Below, in pieces: positions 63,906-64,000 of a stretch of 64,000 nt of DNA; positions within the stretch are counted from its first letter, which is position 1, and the number at the start of each line of letters is the position of its first letter. The DNA comes from an uncultured archaeon (GTDB lineage Archaea > Altiarchaeota > Altiarchaeia > IMC4 > QMZM01). The stretch is taken from NCBI GenBank assembly GCA_964549685.1, contig CAZJVE010000002.1, positions 32,001-96,000 of the forward strand. Direction: 5' to 3'. Both the position numbers and the translations under genes were made by a program. The notes beneath the pieces were generated by a model. The model had not been told where the DNA came from, did not search any database, and was given only the letters and a program-made list of their open reading frames with translations.

Positions 63906-64000
63906 AATCGCTAGTCGCATGTGAATTCTCTAGAAATTTACCGGGAAATTCAGTTATGGCGAACAGGTCCGGGAGTGAATCTACCAGCTGAACACCGGCA

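Noticed and set aside
63779-63991. 70-aa ORF after secG
   Set aside because: It runs through the inverted-repeat cluster, has no recognisable motif, and its composition looks non-coding.

Overview
This is a 64 kb stretch of an archaeal chromosome. Markers are PolD DP1/DP2, archaeal DtdA, NurA, KaiC/DUF835, SecDF, Sec61beta, A-type ATPase subunits E/H, and tRNAs without encoded CCA. The gene content would fit a DPANN/Altiarchaeota-like lineage, but that is inference only. Housekeeping genes (thiI, dtdA, lysA, PMM/PGM, RibD-type reductase, polD, serA, pyrD, secDF, secG, tRNA-Leu, tRNA-Ser) are interleaved with a ~19 kb surface-glycan modification region and several large secreted modular proteins. 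Two candidate undescribed systems stand out. (1) Six secreted proteins with five different architectures (two paralogous subtilases, a gingipain-like C25 protease, an FG-GAP/CUB protein, a beta-helix protein and a small Ig-like protein) carry the same ~40-aa module at or near the C-terminus: a single acidic loop plus a twin L-x-[ED]-V-x3-I-x2-W helix. One of them also has a cohesin and a classical dockerin, which suggests a cellulosome-like extracellular protease assembly or a C-terminal sorting signal. (2) A four-gene run encodes a membrane DUF835 protein, a KaiC-like ATPase, a HerA-like ATPase with signal peptide, ectodomain and TM anchor, and NurA, with no mre11/rad50. This suggests regulated membrane-coupled DNA import or processing. 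Smaller signals are a direct-repeat-flanked AT-rich gene, hairpin-rich intergenic elements (one with a duplicated tRNA 3' end) and a PolD active-site variant NADGDED. All functional calls come from motif recognition by eye; no database searches were run.
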